Below, one piece after another: positions 46,706-55,191 of a stretch of DNA of 64,000 nucleotides. The position numbers were made by a program, and so were the translations under genes. Source of the DNA: Pseudomonadota bacterium (lineage in GTDB: Bacteria; Pseudomonadota; Alphaproteobacteria; Kiloniellales; J153). The notes beneath the pieces are model-generated. The model was not told the origin of the DNA, ran no database searches, and saw only the letters and a list, made by a program, of their open reading frames with translations. Every line of letters begins with the position of its first letter. Within the stretch, counting starts at the first letter, position 1. The stretch is taken from NCBI GenBank assembly GCA_022572685.1, contig JACZVL010000001.1, positions 3,914 through 67,913 of the forward strand, written 5' to 3'.

Positions 46706-49152
46706 CGGGAATCGAGCAGGTCCTGGAGCGCGCGCGGGAGGGCGTTCGCCCGTCACCGGCGGAGGCTGTCGCCTTGGCCGGATTCGACGACCTGCCGGCC
46801 CTGATGGCGGCCGCCGAGGCGATCGCACAGGCCGGCCACGGCCGGCGGGTCAGCTACTCGCGGAAGGTCTTCATCCCGCTGACCAAGCTGTGCCGGGACG
46901 TCTGCCACTACTGCACCTTCGCCCAGCCGCCGGGCAACGGCGCGGCCGCCTTCCTGACCCCGGAGCAGGTCATCGAGATCGCCCGCGCCGGCGCCGCGGC
47001 GGGCTGCAAGGAGGCGCTGTTCACCCTCGGCGACAAGCCGGAGCTGCGCTATCGCGCGGCGCGCGAGGCGCTGGCCGCGCTCGGTCACGAGACCACGCTG
47101 TCCTATCTGGAGGCGGTGGCCCGGCTGACCCTGGAGACCACCGGCCTGCTGCCGCACCTCAACCCCGGCGTCATGACCGCGGAGGACCTGCGCCGGTTGC
47201 GGCCGGTCTCGGCCTCCATGGGGTTGATGATCGAATCGGTCTCGGACCGGCTGTGCGAGCGAGGCGGCCCCCATTGGGGCTCGCCCGACAAGCGGCCGGC
47301 CGCGCGCCTGGCGACCATCCGCGCCGCCGGCGAGCTGCGCATCCCCTTCACCACCGGGCTTTTGATCGGGATCGGCGAGACCCGGGCCGAGCGGGTCGCG
47401 GCGCTGCTGGCGCTGCGCGAGTTGCACGACGCCCACGGCCACATCCAGGAGATCATCATCCAGAACTTCCGGGCCAAGCCCGGCACCCGCATGGCGAGCG
47501 CGCCGGAACCGAGCCTGGAGGCGCACCTCTGGACCGTCGCGGTGGCGCGCGTGCTGTTCGGACCCGGGATGACGGTCCAGGCGCCGCCCAACCTGCAGCC
47601 CGGCGCCCGCGCGGCCCTGATCCGCGCCGGGATCGACGATTGGGGCGGGGTCTCGCCGGTCACCCCGGATCACGTCAATCCGGAGGCACCCTGGCCGCGG
47701 CTCGACGCCCTGGCCGCGGAAACCGCGGGCGCCGGCCGGGTCCTGGTGGAGCGGCTCGCGGTCCATCCGGACTATGCGCTGAATCCGGCCGAGTGGCTGG
47801 ATGCCGCGTTGAGGCCGGCCGTGCTCCGGCTCTCCGACGCGGACGGCCTGGCCCGGACCGACTCCTGGTGCGCCGGCGCCCAGACCGCGCCGCCGGTGGG
47901 CGAAATGGCGCCATCGGGGCTCGCCCGGGGGGGGCAGGCATCCGCCGGGCTGGCATCCGCCGAACTGTCGCCGATCCTGGAGCGCGCGCGCGCCGGCCGG
48001 GCCCTGTCGGAAGCGGACATCGTCGGGCTCTTCGCGGCCCGGGGGCCGGACGTCGCGGCCGTGGTGACGGCGGCCGACGCCCTGCGCGCCGAAACCGTTG
48101 GCGACGGCGTCGCCTACGTCGTCAACCGCAACATCAACTACACCAACGTGTGCGTCTATCGCTGCAACTTCTGTGCCTTCTCCAAGGGCCGGACCGCGGC
48201 CGCGCTGCGCGGCCGGCCCTATGATCTGTCCCATGAGGAGATCGCGCGGCGGGTGCGCGAGGCCTGGGCGCGGGGCGCCACCGAGGTCTGCCTGCAAGGC
48301 GGCATCCATCCCGATTACACCGGCCAGACCTATCTGGACGTGCTGGCGACCGTGAAGGCGGCGGCGCCGGACATGCACGTCCATGCCTTCTCGCCGCTCG
48401 AGGTGACCCACGGCGCCGAGACGCTCGGCCTCCCGGTGGCGGCGTTCCTGGGCGAGTTGAAGGCGGCGGGGCTCGGCTCGCTGCCCGGCACGGCGGCCGA
48501 GATTCTCGACGACGAGGTGCGCGCCGTGATCTGCCCCGACAAGCTGGCGACGGCCGAGTGGCTGGAGGTCATGCGCGCGGCCCACGGCCTGGGGCTGCGC
48601 ACCACGGCGACCATCATGTTCGGCCATGTCGACCGGCCCCGGCACTGGGCGCGTCATATCCGGCACGTCCGCGCCCTGCAGGAGGAGACCGGCGGCTTCA
48701 CCGAGTTCGTGCCCCTGGCCTTCGTGCACATGGAGGCGCCGATCTGGCTGCGCGGCCAGTCGCGCCCGGGACCGACCTTTCGCGAGGCGATCCTGATGCA
48801 CGCGGTCGCGCGGCTCGCGTTCCACCCGGTGATCCCCAACATCCAGGTGTCCTGGGTCAAGCTGGGGCCGGCGGGTGCCGCGGCGGCCCTGCGCGCCGGC
48901 GCCAACGATCTGGGCGGGGTGCTGATGAACGAATCGATCACCCGCGCCGCCGGCGCCAGCCACGGTCAGGAAATGAGCCCGGCCGAGCTCGATGATTTGA
49001 TACGCGGGCTCGGCCGCGAGCCCCGGCAGCGGACCACGCTCTATGGAACGCCGCCCCCGGAACGGCGCGCGGCGGCGCGGAGCGCGGGCCCGATCGCGGA
49101 GATCGAGGAGACCCCGCTGGGCCGTCGCAAGCTGGACGTGGCGGCCGAATAG
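46702..49152 (+). CDS. fbiC: FO synthase (CofG-CofH fusion)
   Basis: Two radical SAM motifs CRDVCHYC and CVYRCNFC; SYSRKVFIPLT, NRNINYTN, PGTAAEIL. Confidence 0.96.
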   Translation: MTGIEQVLERAREGVRPSPAEAVALAGFDDLPALMAAAEAIAQAGHGRRVSYSRKVFIPLTKLCRDVCHYCTFAQPPGNGAAAFLTPEQVIEIARAGAAAGCKEALFTLGDKPELRYRAAREALAALGHETTLSYLEAVARLTLETTGLLPHLNPGVMTAEDLRRLRPVSASMGLMIESVSDRLCERGGPHWGSPDKRPAARLATIRAAGELRIPFTTGLLIGIGETRAERVAALLALRELHDAHGHIQEIIIQNFRAKPGTRMASAPEPSLEAHLWTVAVARVLFGPGMTVQAPPNLQPGARAALIRAGIDDWGGVSPVTPDHVNPEAPWPRLDALAAETAGAGRVLVERLAVHPDYALNPAEWLDAALRPAVLRLSDADGLARTDSWCAGAQTAPPVGEMAPSGLARGGQASAGLASAELSPILERARAGRALSEADIVGLFAARGPDVAAVVTAADALRAETVGDGVAYVVNRNINYTNVCVYRCNFCAFSKGRTAAALRGRPYDLSHEEIARRVREAWARGATEVCLQGGIHPDYTGQTYLDVLATVKAAAPDMHVHAFSPLEVTHGAETLGLPVAAFLGELKAAGLGSLPGTAAEILDDEVRAVICPDKLATAEWLEVMRAAHGLGLRTTATIMFGHVDRPRHWARHIRHVRALQEETGGFTEFVPLAFVHMEAPIWLRGQSRPGPTFREAILMHAVARLAFHPVIPNIQVSWVKLGPAGAAAALRAGANDLGGVLMNESITRAAGASHGQEMSPAELDDLIRGLGREPRQRTTLYGTPPPERRAAARSAGPIAEIEETPLGRRKLDVAAE

Positions 49153-49191
49153 ATTGGTCTTAATTTCAGCTTCGGAACGATGTCCCAGACC

Positions 49192-49259
49192 CTATTAAAG
49201 GGACACCATACTTAATTCCCGGCACGGGCTATCAATTAAGTATGCTGTCCCTTTAATAG
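49192..49259. repeat. Inverted pair of 26-bp AT-rich repeats with 16-nt spacer (REPIN/MITE-like)
   Basis: CTATTAAAGGGACACCATACTTAATT (49192-49217) and AATTAAGTATGCTGTCCCTTTAATAG (49234-49259); one mismatch. Confidence 0.9.
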
Positions 49260-49293
49260 AAGCGCTCTTTAATAGCGTTTCCAATAGCTTACC

Positions 49294-50062
49294 CTATTTT
49301 AGGGACAGCATACTTAATTCGCCTTGCTTCGCTTCGGCTTGGGCCCACGCCTTTGCGGCGCGAGGGTCCGTCCCAAGCGCCTTTCCAGGGCGGCCAGGAA
49401 CGGCTCGCCGCCGAGCGGCCGGCCGCTGCGTTGGTGGCGGCGCAAGGCCTCGGCCGCCGCGGTATCGAGTCCCTCATCGAGAAACCCGGCCCAATCGTCG
49501 ACTAGCGCCAGGAGCGGCCCGGTTTTCACCAGCCGATCGTCCCGGCCCGCCAGATGCGCCGCGGCGCTGCTCCAGGGATAGTCCTGCGCCCGCCGCGCCA
49601 GGCGCGCCCGCACCGGGTTGAGCTCCACGTAGCGCGCCGCACTGAGAAGATAGGCCTCGTCCATCGGAAAGGAGATAAAGCGCCCCTGCCACAGGTGTCC
49701 GGTCCAGCCCTCGCGACGATTGATCCGCAGGGTGTAGCGACGGTGCGCCTCCCCGATCGCCCGGCGCAAGCCATCCGCCGTCTCGGGGGTGGCGATCAGA
49801 TGCACATGGTTCGGCATCAGGCAGTAGGCCCAGATCTCCACGCCACGGCGTCCACACCACTCGGCCATCAGCGCCAGATAGGCGCGGTAGTCCGCCTCCG
49901 AGAAGAAGGTCTCCTGCCGTCGGTTGCCCCGCTGCGTCACGTGGTGCGGCAGGCCCGGGGCGACCACGCGCGCCAATCTCACCATCCGGAAAGACTACGA
50001 CGGCCCGAATGCGCAGACCAGAATTAAGTATGCTGTCCCTTTAATAGCTGTCCCTTTAATAG
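49294..50062. mobile_element. Y1/HUH transposase element bracketed by inverted 26-bp repeats
   Basis: Repeat copies at 49294-49319 and 50022-50047 in inverted orientation; partial tandem copy at 50048-50062. Confidence 0.8.
49314..49985 (-). CDS. REP-associated tyrosine transposase-like (RAYT, Y1_Tnp) HUH endonuclease
   Basis: PHHVTQRGNRRQ, YCLMPNHVHL (HUH), LWQGRF, RYVELNPVRA, YPWSS. Confidence 0.93.
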   Translation of the reverse strand: MVRLARVVAPGLPHHVTQRGNRRQETFFSEADYRAYLALMAEWCGRRGVEIWAYCLMPNHVHLIATPETADGLRRAIGEAHRRYTLRINRREGWTGHLWQGRFISFPMDEAYLLSAARYVELNPVRARLARRAQDYPWSSAAAHLAGRDDRLVKTGPLLALVDDWAGFLDEGLDTAAAEALRRHQRSGRPLGGEPFLAALERRLGRTLAPQRRGPKPKRSKAN

Positions 50063-50084
50063 GCTGGCCGCGTTGGGTCGCGGT

Positions 50085-51041
50085 TCAGGCGCCCGCCTTC
50101 AGCTTCGGGATGATGTCCCGGGCGATCGCCTCGACCTGCTCCATCTCGTAGCGGTAGGGCACGAAGATGATGCGGTCGACGCCGGTCGCGACGTGGGCCT
50201 GAAGCTGTTCGACGCATTCCTCGGGGGTGCCCATGATCGCGCTCTCGGGCGTCGAGCTGCTCCAGGACGCGAAGTCCCACTCGGTCTTGAGCCATTCGTT
50301 CATCGGCCCCTCGACCTTGTCGCGCGGCCCGACCACGATCGGCAGCTGGTTGCAGCTGATCAGGGTGGCCGGGTCCTTGCCGGCTTCCTCGGCGTAGTCG
50401 CAGACCTTGGTCCAGTCGGCGGCGAAGGCGTCGGGCCGGTAGAAATAGGTCAGCCAGCCATCGCCCTTGACCCCGGCCCGCTTGAGCACGCGGTCGACGT
50501 AGCCGCCGATCAGCAGCGGCGGCCGGGGCTGCTGCACCGGCTTGGGATACATCCGCGCCTGGCGCAGATTGTAGGGCCCGAACTCGCCGGTGACCGAGTC
50601 CTCCGTCAGCAGCGCGTTCAGGATGTCGAGATTCTGGTCCATGATCTTGCCGCGCCGGTGGAAATCCACCCCGACCGCGTCGAACTCGCGCTTGTACCAG
50701 CCCGCCGCCATGCCGAGGGTCAGGCGGCCGTTGGAGATCTGATCGAGCGAGGCGATCTGCTTGGCGAGCACCACCGGGTTGCGCAGGGGCAGCACCAGAA
50801 TGCCGGTGCCGAGCTTGATCTTGCTGGTGCGGGCGGCGACGGCGGCGAGCAGGGTGAGGGAGTCGATGATCGGGAAGCAGGGATCGACGCCCAGCAGGAT
50901 GTGGTCCCAGACCCAAAGCGACTCGTAGCCCAGTTCCTCGGCGCGCTCGGCGAAGGCGATCAGCTCCTGGGGATCCGGGCTGTCCGGATAGGCCTGAAAG
51001 TTGCGCAGCGCGATGCCGTAGGAGGTGGTCTTCTTGGCCAT
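50085..51041 (-). CDS. LLM-class oxidoreductase (probably F420-dependent)
   Basis: AEELGYESLWVWDH, LRNPVVLAKQIASLD, GRL.LG...GW...EF, PKPVQQPRPP, GDGW. Confidence 0.88.
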   Translation of the reverse strand: MAKKTTSYGIALRNFQAYPDSPDPQELIAFAERAEELGYESLWVWDHILLGVDPCFPIIDSLTLLAAVAARTSKIKLGTGILVLPLRNPVVLAKQIASLDQISNGRLTLGMAAGWYKREFDAVGVDFHRRGKIMDQNLDILNALLTEDSVTGEFGPYNLRQARMYPKPVQQPRPPLLIGGYVDRVLKRAGVKGDGWLTYFYRPDAFAADWTKVCDYAEEAGKDPATLISCNQLPIVVGPRDKVEGPMNEWLKTEWDFASWSSSTPESAIMGTPEECVEQLQAHVATGVDRIIFVPYRYEMEQVEAIARDIIPKLKAGA

Positions 51042-51063
51042 TCTGGGTCCCTCGTCGTGACGG

Positions 51064-51825
51064 TTAGGCTATGTAGAGCCGGTCGGGATCGAGTTCGCGC
51101 AGCACGGCGAGCTCGCGCGCGCTCGGCGGCTCGGTGGTTTCCAGCTCGCCCACCTGAATCTCGAATCCCGTGTTGTCGCGCACCTGGTCGATGGAAACAC
51201 CGGTGTGCAGCGCCTCCACCACCATCTCGCGGCCGGTCTCGGTGAAGCCGAGGATCGCCAGGTCGGTCACCACCTTGAACATGCCGCCCGTGGGCAAGCC
51301 GGATTCGGCGCGGCTGGTGCCGCCTTCGATGAAACCGGGAGAGGTGATGAAGTCGACCCTCTCCACGAAGCGCCGCTTCTCGTGCCTCATGGTGACGATC
51401 ATCTGGGTAAGACTGGATATGTCGTTGCCGCCGCCGGTGCCGGGCAGGCGGATCTTCGGGTTCGCCGGGTCGCCGATATAGGAGCTGTTCAGGTTGCCGT
51501 ACCTGTCGATCTGCGCCCCGCCCATGAAACCGATGTCGACGTAACCGCGCTGCAGCAGCAACAGAACGTCGGTGATCGGCAGCACCATGTTGGCCCGCCG
51601 GGTACAGCGCTGCTCGTTGGTCGAGGGCGGCAACTCGCCGGGCACCACGAAGGGGCCGATCACGCCGCCCTCGAACAGGATGGTCAGGCCGGGGCCGTGC
51701 AGCCGCTGGGCGAGGGTCGCCGCCAGCAGGGGCACGCCGACGCCGGCGAACACGACCTGGCCGTCGCTCAGCAGCCGGGCGCTCATGACCGCGAGCAACT
51801 CCGAGGCGGTGTATCGCTCAGTCAT
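51064..51825 (-). CDS. CoA-transferase beta subunit (glutaconate CoA-transferase-like)
   Basis: FAGVGVP, FEGG, GGAQIDRYGNLNSS, LPGTGGGND, VDFITSPG. Confidence 0.9.
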   Translation of the reverse strand: MTERYTASELLAVMSARLLSDGQVVFAGVGVPLLAATLAQRLHGPGLTILFEGGVIGPFVVPGELPPSTNEQRCTRRANMVLPITDVLLLLQRGYVDIGFMGGAQIDRYGNLNSSYIGDPANPKIRLPGTGGGNDISSLTQMIVTMRHEKRRFVERVDFITSPGFIEGGTSRAESGLPTGGMFKVVTDLAILGFTETGREMVVEALHTGVSIDQVRDNTGFEIQVGELETTEPPSARELAVLRELDPDRLYIA

Positions 51826-52774
51826 TGTGGATGCTCCGTCCCCGCCGCGCCGCATCGAGCATCTCGTCCAGCCCCAGGAGTTTCAGGTAGTCGTTCCAGC
51901 TGTCGGGCCCATAGTGGAACCGCTCGAGATACCGCTTCACACCGGCCTCGGCATCGTCCTTGGTCGCCTTGGCATAGTCGTCCAGGTGCCCGAAGAACGG
52001 CTCGTAGAGGCCATAGCATTCGTGGGGCGCGGCGCCGAACGGCACTTCGACGACCGCGTCCACCGTGAAGAAGGGGATCTTGGTCTGGTCCGGCGTGCGG
52101 CGGATCTGATCGTTCGAGACGATGCGCTCGGTGGTCAGGATGACCCGCCGCGCCGCCATCGCGATATCGATATCCATGAACTGAAGGCCGTCGAGCTGGG
52201 CGTTGCCGTAGGCGTCGGCCCGCTGCACGTGGATCAGCGCGACGTCCGGGTTGAGCGCGGGCAGCGCCAGCAGGCGATCGCCGGTGAACGGGCAGTCGAT
52301 CTCCCGCGCCGCGTCGCCGATCACCTCGCGCACGCCGGAGCCCATCATCGAGCGCGTCGGCATGAACGGCAGGCCCATGGCGCCGGCGCGGTAGCGCAAG
52401 CCCATGGACATGTGGCTCCATTCCTCGAAGCGCGCCTGGCCGGTCTCGGTGTAGTGGCGCATCACCTTGGAAATGCCCCAGACGATGCCCTGGCTGAACC
52501 AGCTGGTGACGATGTGGCCGCTGACGCCCGATCCGTAGAGCAGATCGCCCTCGGTCGAGACGATGCTGCGCGACACGGTCAGCTCCTTCCGCCGCGCCCG
52601 GATCAAGGCCCAGATCAACGCCATGGGGGTCCGCGACAGGGTGCAGCCGCCGAGCGCCACGTGGTCGCCATCGTGGATGAAGGCCGCCGCTTCCTCGAGC
52701 GATACCACCTTCTCGCGCAAGCTTCGGTCGCGCGTTCGCGTCTCCTCGCGCAACTCAAGATAGGACTTCACCAT
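51818..52774 (-). CDS. CoA-transferase alpha subunit (glutaconate CoA-transferase-like)
   Basis: IHDGDHVALGG, RTPMA, AGAMGLPFMP, CPFTG, PDVALIHVQRAD.YGN. Confidence 0.9.
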   Translation of the reverse strand: MVKSYLELREETRTRDRSLREKVVSLEEAAAFIHDGDHVALGGCTLSRTPMALIWALIRARRKELTVSRSIVSTEGDLLYGSGVSGHIVTSWFSQGIVWGISKVMRHYTETGQARFEEWSHMSMGLRYRAGAMGLPFMPTRSMMGSGVREVIGDAAREIDCPFTGDRLLALPALNPDVALIHVQRADAYGNAQLDGLQFMDIDIAMAARRVILTTERIVSNDQIRRTPDQTKIPFFTVDAVVEVPFGAAPHECYGLYEPFFGHLDDYAKATKDDAEAGVKRYLERFHYGPDSWNDYLKLLGLDEMLDAARRGRSIHND

Positions 52775-53214
52775 GAGGCCCTCGCCCTCCCCATCACGAT
52801 CGAAATACTCGGCCACATCCTGTCGCTCACGCCGGGGCAAGCCTTCGGGGCCGACGCCCGCCCGGGCAGGTTCCGTTCGACGCTTGCCAAGTTCGGCGCT
52901 TTCAAAGATAGGCGGGAGGACAACATCCGGTATGCGACCCTGGCGAATGGCGTTTGTTGTTCTTGCGCGCGGCCGCAGGGGCCGCCACGGAAGCAGCATA
53001 GCTCAATGATGTTATCATTCCAATATTAGTATGACCGATCCCGCGACCCGCACCGGCGCCCGCCGACGGTCTCTCGATCGCGGGTGGCGTCTCGAGGTAT
53101 CGGAACGGCTTTCTCATCCACGGAGGCCACGGGGCGCGCCTCATCGGCTCGAGTCGGTTTCCCCCGACACCGCCCGTTTCGGCACGGTCGTTCGCCGGCG
53201 TCCATGCGCCGCGA

Positions 53215-53841
53215 TCAATGGGCGAGGATGTTTCGCAGCTGGCGCGCTCCGATGGGCATGGGGGCACTCGACTTGAAGGCCTGCCACAGACACTCCTTGG
53301 GAGTGCCCGCGTAGTGAACCGGCATGTCGTCGCTGTCCTGGTCGAAGCGCCAGGTCGACGCGGCGTATCGCCTGGCCGCGGTCCAGATCTCCTGGGCCTG
53401 CATGCCGAGAGCAAGCTCATCGAGGAAGGTCTCGGCAAAATAGCACAAGGCCGCGTTGCGCTTGCGAATCGCCTCCTCGCGCCACCACGGGATGCCGCCA
53501 CGGGGGAAGATCAGGCCGAGGCCTTCATCGAGGGTGCAAAACTGCCGCGTGAGAAACCCGTCGATCGCCTCGCCCAACCAGGCCGCGAGGTCGCCGTCGA
53601 GCGGCTTGCCTTCGAAGCAACGGGCCATGATCTCCCGTAAATTGTCGATGGACGCGAATATGCCGCTCGACGCCGCCTGGGATACGGTGGATGCGCAAGG
53701 CTGGCTGTCCTGGGACGATGCGTCGAATTCGACATCACGTGGCGCGAGATCGTCATCGCCGCGGGTGGCGGCCGTCGCTGCACCGGCGGGAAAGTAGGTC
53801 GAAGGGACCGGACTGCCTTCGTCATCATCTGTCGCCGTCAT
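53215..53841 (-). CDS. Hypothetical protein (acidic disordered N-terminus, helical C-terminal domain)
   Basis: ATG behind GGGAG; globular-looking C-terminal ~145 aa (..PRGGIPWWREEAIRKRNAAL..RQLRNIL). Confidence 0.65.
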   Translation of the reverse strand: MTATDDDEGSPVPSTYFPAGAATAATRGDDDLAPRDVEFDASSQDSQPCASTVSQAASSGIFASIDNLREIMARCFEGKPLDGDLAAWLGEAIDGFLTRQFCTLDEGLGLIFPRGGIPWWREEAIRKRNAALCYFAETFLDELALGMQAQEIWTAARRYAASTWRFDQDSDDMPVHYAGTPKECLWQAFKSSAPMPIGARQLRNILAH

Positions 53842-53975
53842 GCGAATCTCCCGTGTTTTCTGTTCGCTTGTCGTCGCGCTCCCAGGAAACGCGCAGGAGC
53901 GCGCATTCATTCCCGAACACCGGTACCACGCTGCGCCCGGTGGCGGAGGCAATGCAATCACGTCATCGAACTTGT

Positions 53976-53999
53976 TTTGCCACGGAATTACATGGCAAA
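53976..53999. promoter_or_regulatory. Imperfect 24-bp palindrome in a divergent promoter
   Basis: TTTGCCACGGAA|TTACATGGCAAA (10/12 symmetric). Confidence 0.5.
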
Positions 54000-54136
54000 C
54001 TATTAAGTGTAAATTTGTGTATGATCCTGCCGGCGCCGTCATGACCGCGTGAGTGAGGACGGCTCGGTACCCGCTTGGCGAGATTATTTGCGGACGGGGT
54101 TGCCATTCTTCCGAGCGGGGGGGAGGGCACGACGGC

Positions 54137-55042
54137 ATGAACGAGGTCGATTGCTCGCGTTCGGACCGCGACGTTGGTTCGGTGCTGAGTGGCGAAGAGG
54201 TCGAGCGCCTGCGCGAGGCGATCGGCTGGCTTCGCGGCCAGCGAGGCCTCAAACTGAAGGACATCGCACTCGGTTGCGACGCGGCCGAGCATACGGTGCG
54301 CAACTTCGCCTACCGCAAGAGCATCCGGCCGGACAACGCCTTCCTCGGAAAGCTCTACAAATTCATCGCCGGGCGCAAGGAGCTGCTGCCCGACGATTTT
54401 TTCGCGGATGGCAAGGAAGCGCCCCCGCGCGGGCGCAGCGAGTTCGTCGGGCGGTTGGGCCGTTTCGACCTCGTGCGCATGGAATTGCCGATCACCAAAG
54501 ACGATCTCAACCGGGTATTCGACCGCTACAGCGGTTTCTACCTCTGTTTCCGGCGGTCCTACCGGCCCGGCAAGGTGTCGGTCTCATGGCTGCATATCCT
54601 GCCGCTCAATCCAAATCTGGACGTCGCCGCCGAGGGCCTGCCGCTCCCCCGCTTCACGTTGTTCATCGAATATCCCGATGCCATCGACCCCGAGGCGAGA
54701 CGCAGCTACATCATCGGCGGTTATGCGCTCCGCCGGAACGGCCGTATCTATCTCGTCGGCCAGAACGATGGCGATCTGAAGTATTTCACGTTCAAAGAGC
54801 CGTCCAGCAGCCGGTTCACCTATATGCAGGGCCTTTCGCTGCTGACCTCGGTCGAAGACGGCGAGCCGTTCGCGACCCGGGTCGTCTGCCAGTATCTCGG
54901 CAGAAAGGCGGCGCGCGAGGATTGGAACGGCAAGATCGGCGTCTTCCCCGACGCGACGTTCCACGACCTGTTCGACAACGCCGACATCATCAAGCGCGCC
55001 ATCGGCGACGGCCCGATTCTCACCGGCGACAATCCGGACTGA
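54137..55042 (+). CDS. Hypothetical protein with N-terminal XRE-like HTH and beta-rich C-terminal domain
   Basis: LRGQRGLKLKDIALGCDAAEHTVRNF..RP HTH-like pattern; alternating beta strands after YSGFYLCFRRS; GGGAGG RBS. Confidence 0.7.
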   Translation: MNEVDCSRSDRDVGSVLSGEEVERLREAIGWLRGQRGLKLKDIALGCDAAEHTVRNFAYRKSIRPDNAFLGKLYKFIAGRKELLPDDFFADGKEAPPRGRSEFVGRLGRFDLVRMELPITKDDLNRVFDRYSGFYLCFRRSYRPGKVSVSWLHILPLNPNLDVAAEGLPLPRFTLFIEYPDAIDPEARRSYIIGGYALRRNGRIYLVGQNDGDLKYFTFKEPSSSRFTYMQGLSLLTSVEDGEPFATRVVCQYLGRKAAREDWNGKIGVFPDATFHDLFDNADIIKRAIGDGPILTGDNPD

Positions 55043-55191
55043 CGGAACCAGCGGTGTCGGCGCCACGCCGCCACGGTGTCCGGAACTCCGCGAGCTTTGA
55101 ATTACCGATACCTGGCCGCAGATTGAGGTCGTAAGGCGGCAAAAGCGCCCCGTCGCCGCGCGGCACCTTCAGCAACGCCGGATGAACGGTC

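Noticed and set aside
49192..50062. CRISPR array suggested by recurring 26-bp repeats
   Set aside because: Copies alternate in orientation, spacing is irregular, one interval holds a transposase, and no cas genes are present.
52775..53214. Possible ncRNA or riboswitch in the long intergenic region
   Set aside because: No recognisable riboswitch or RNA consensus by eye; an Rfam scan would be needed.
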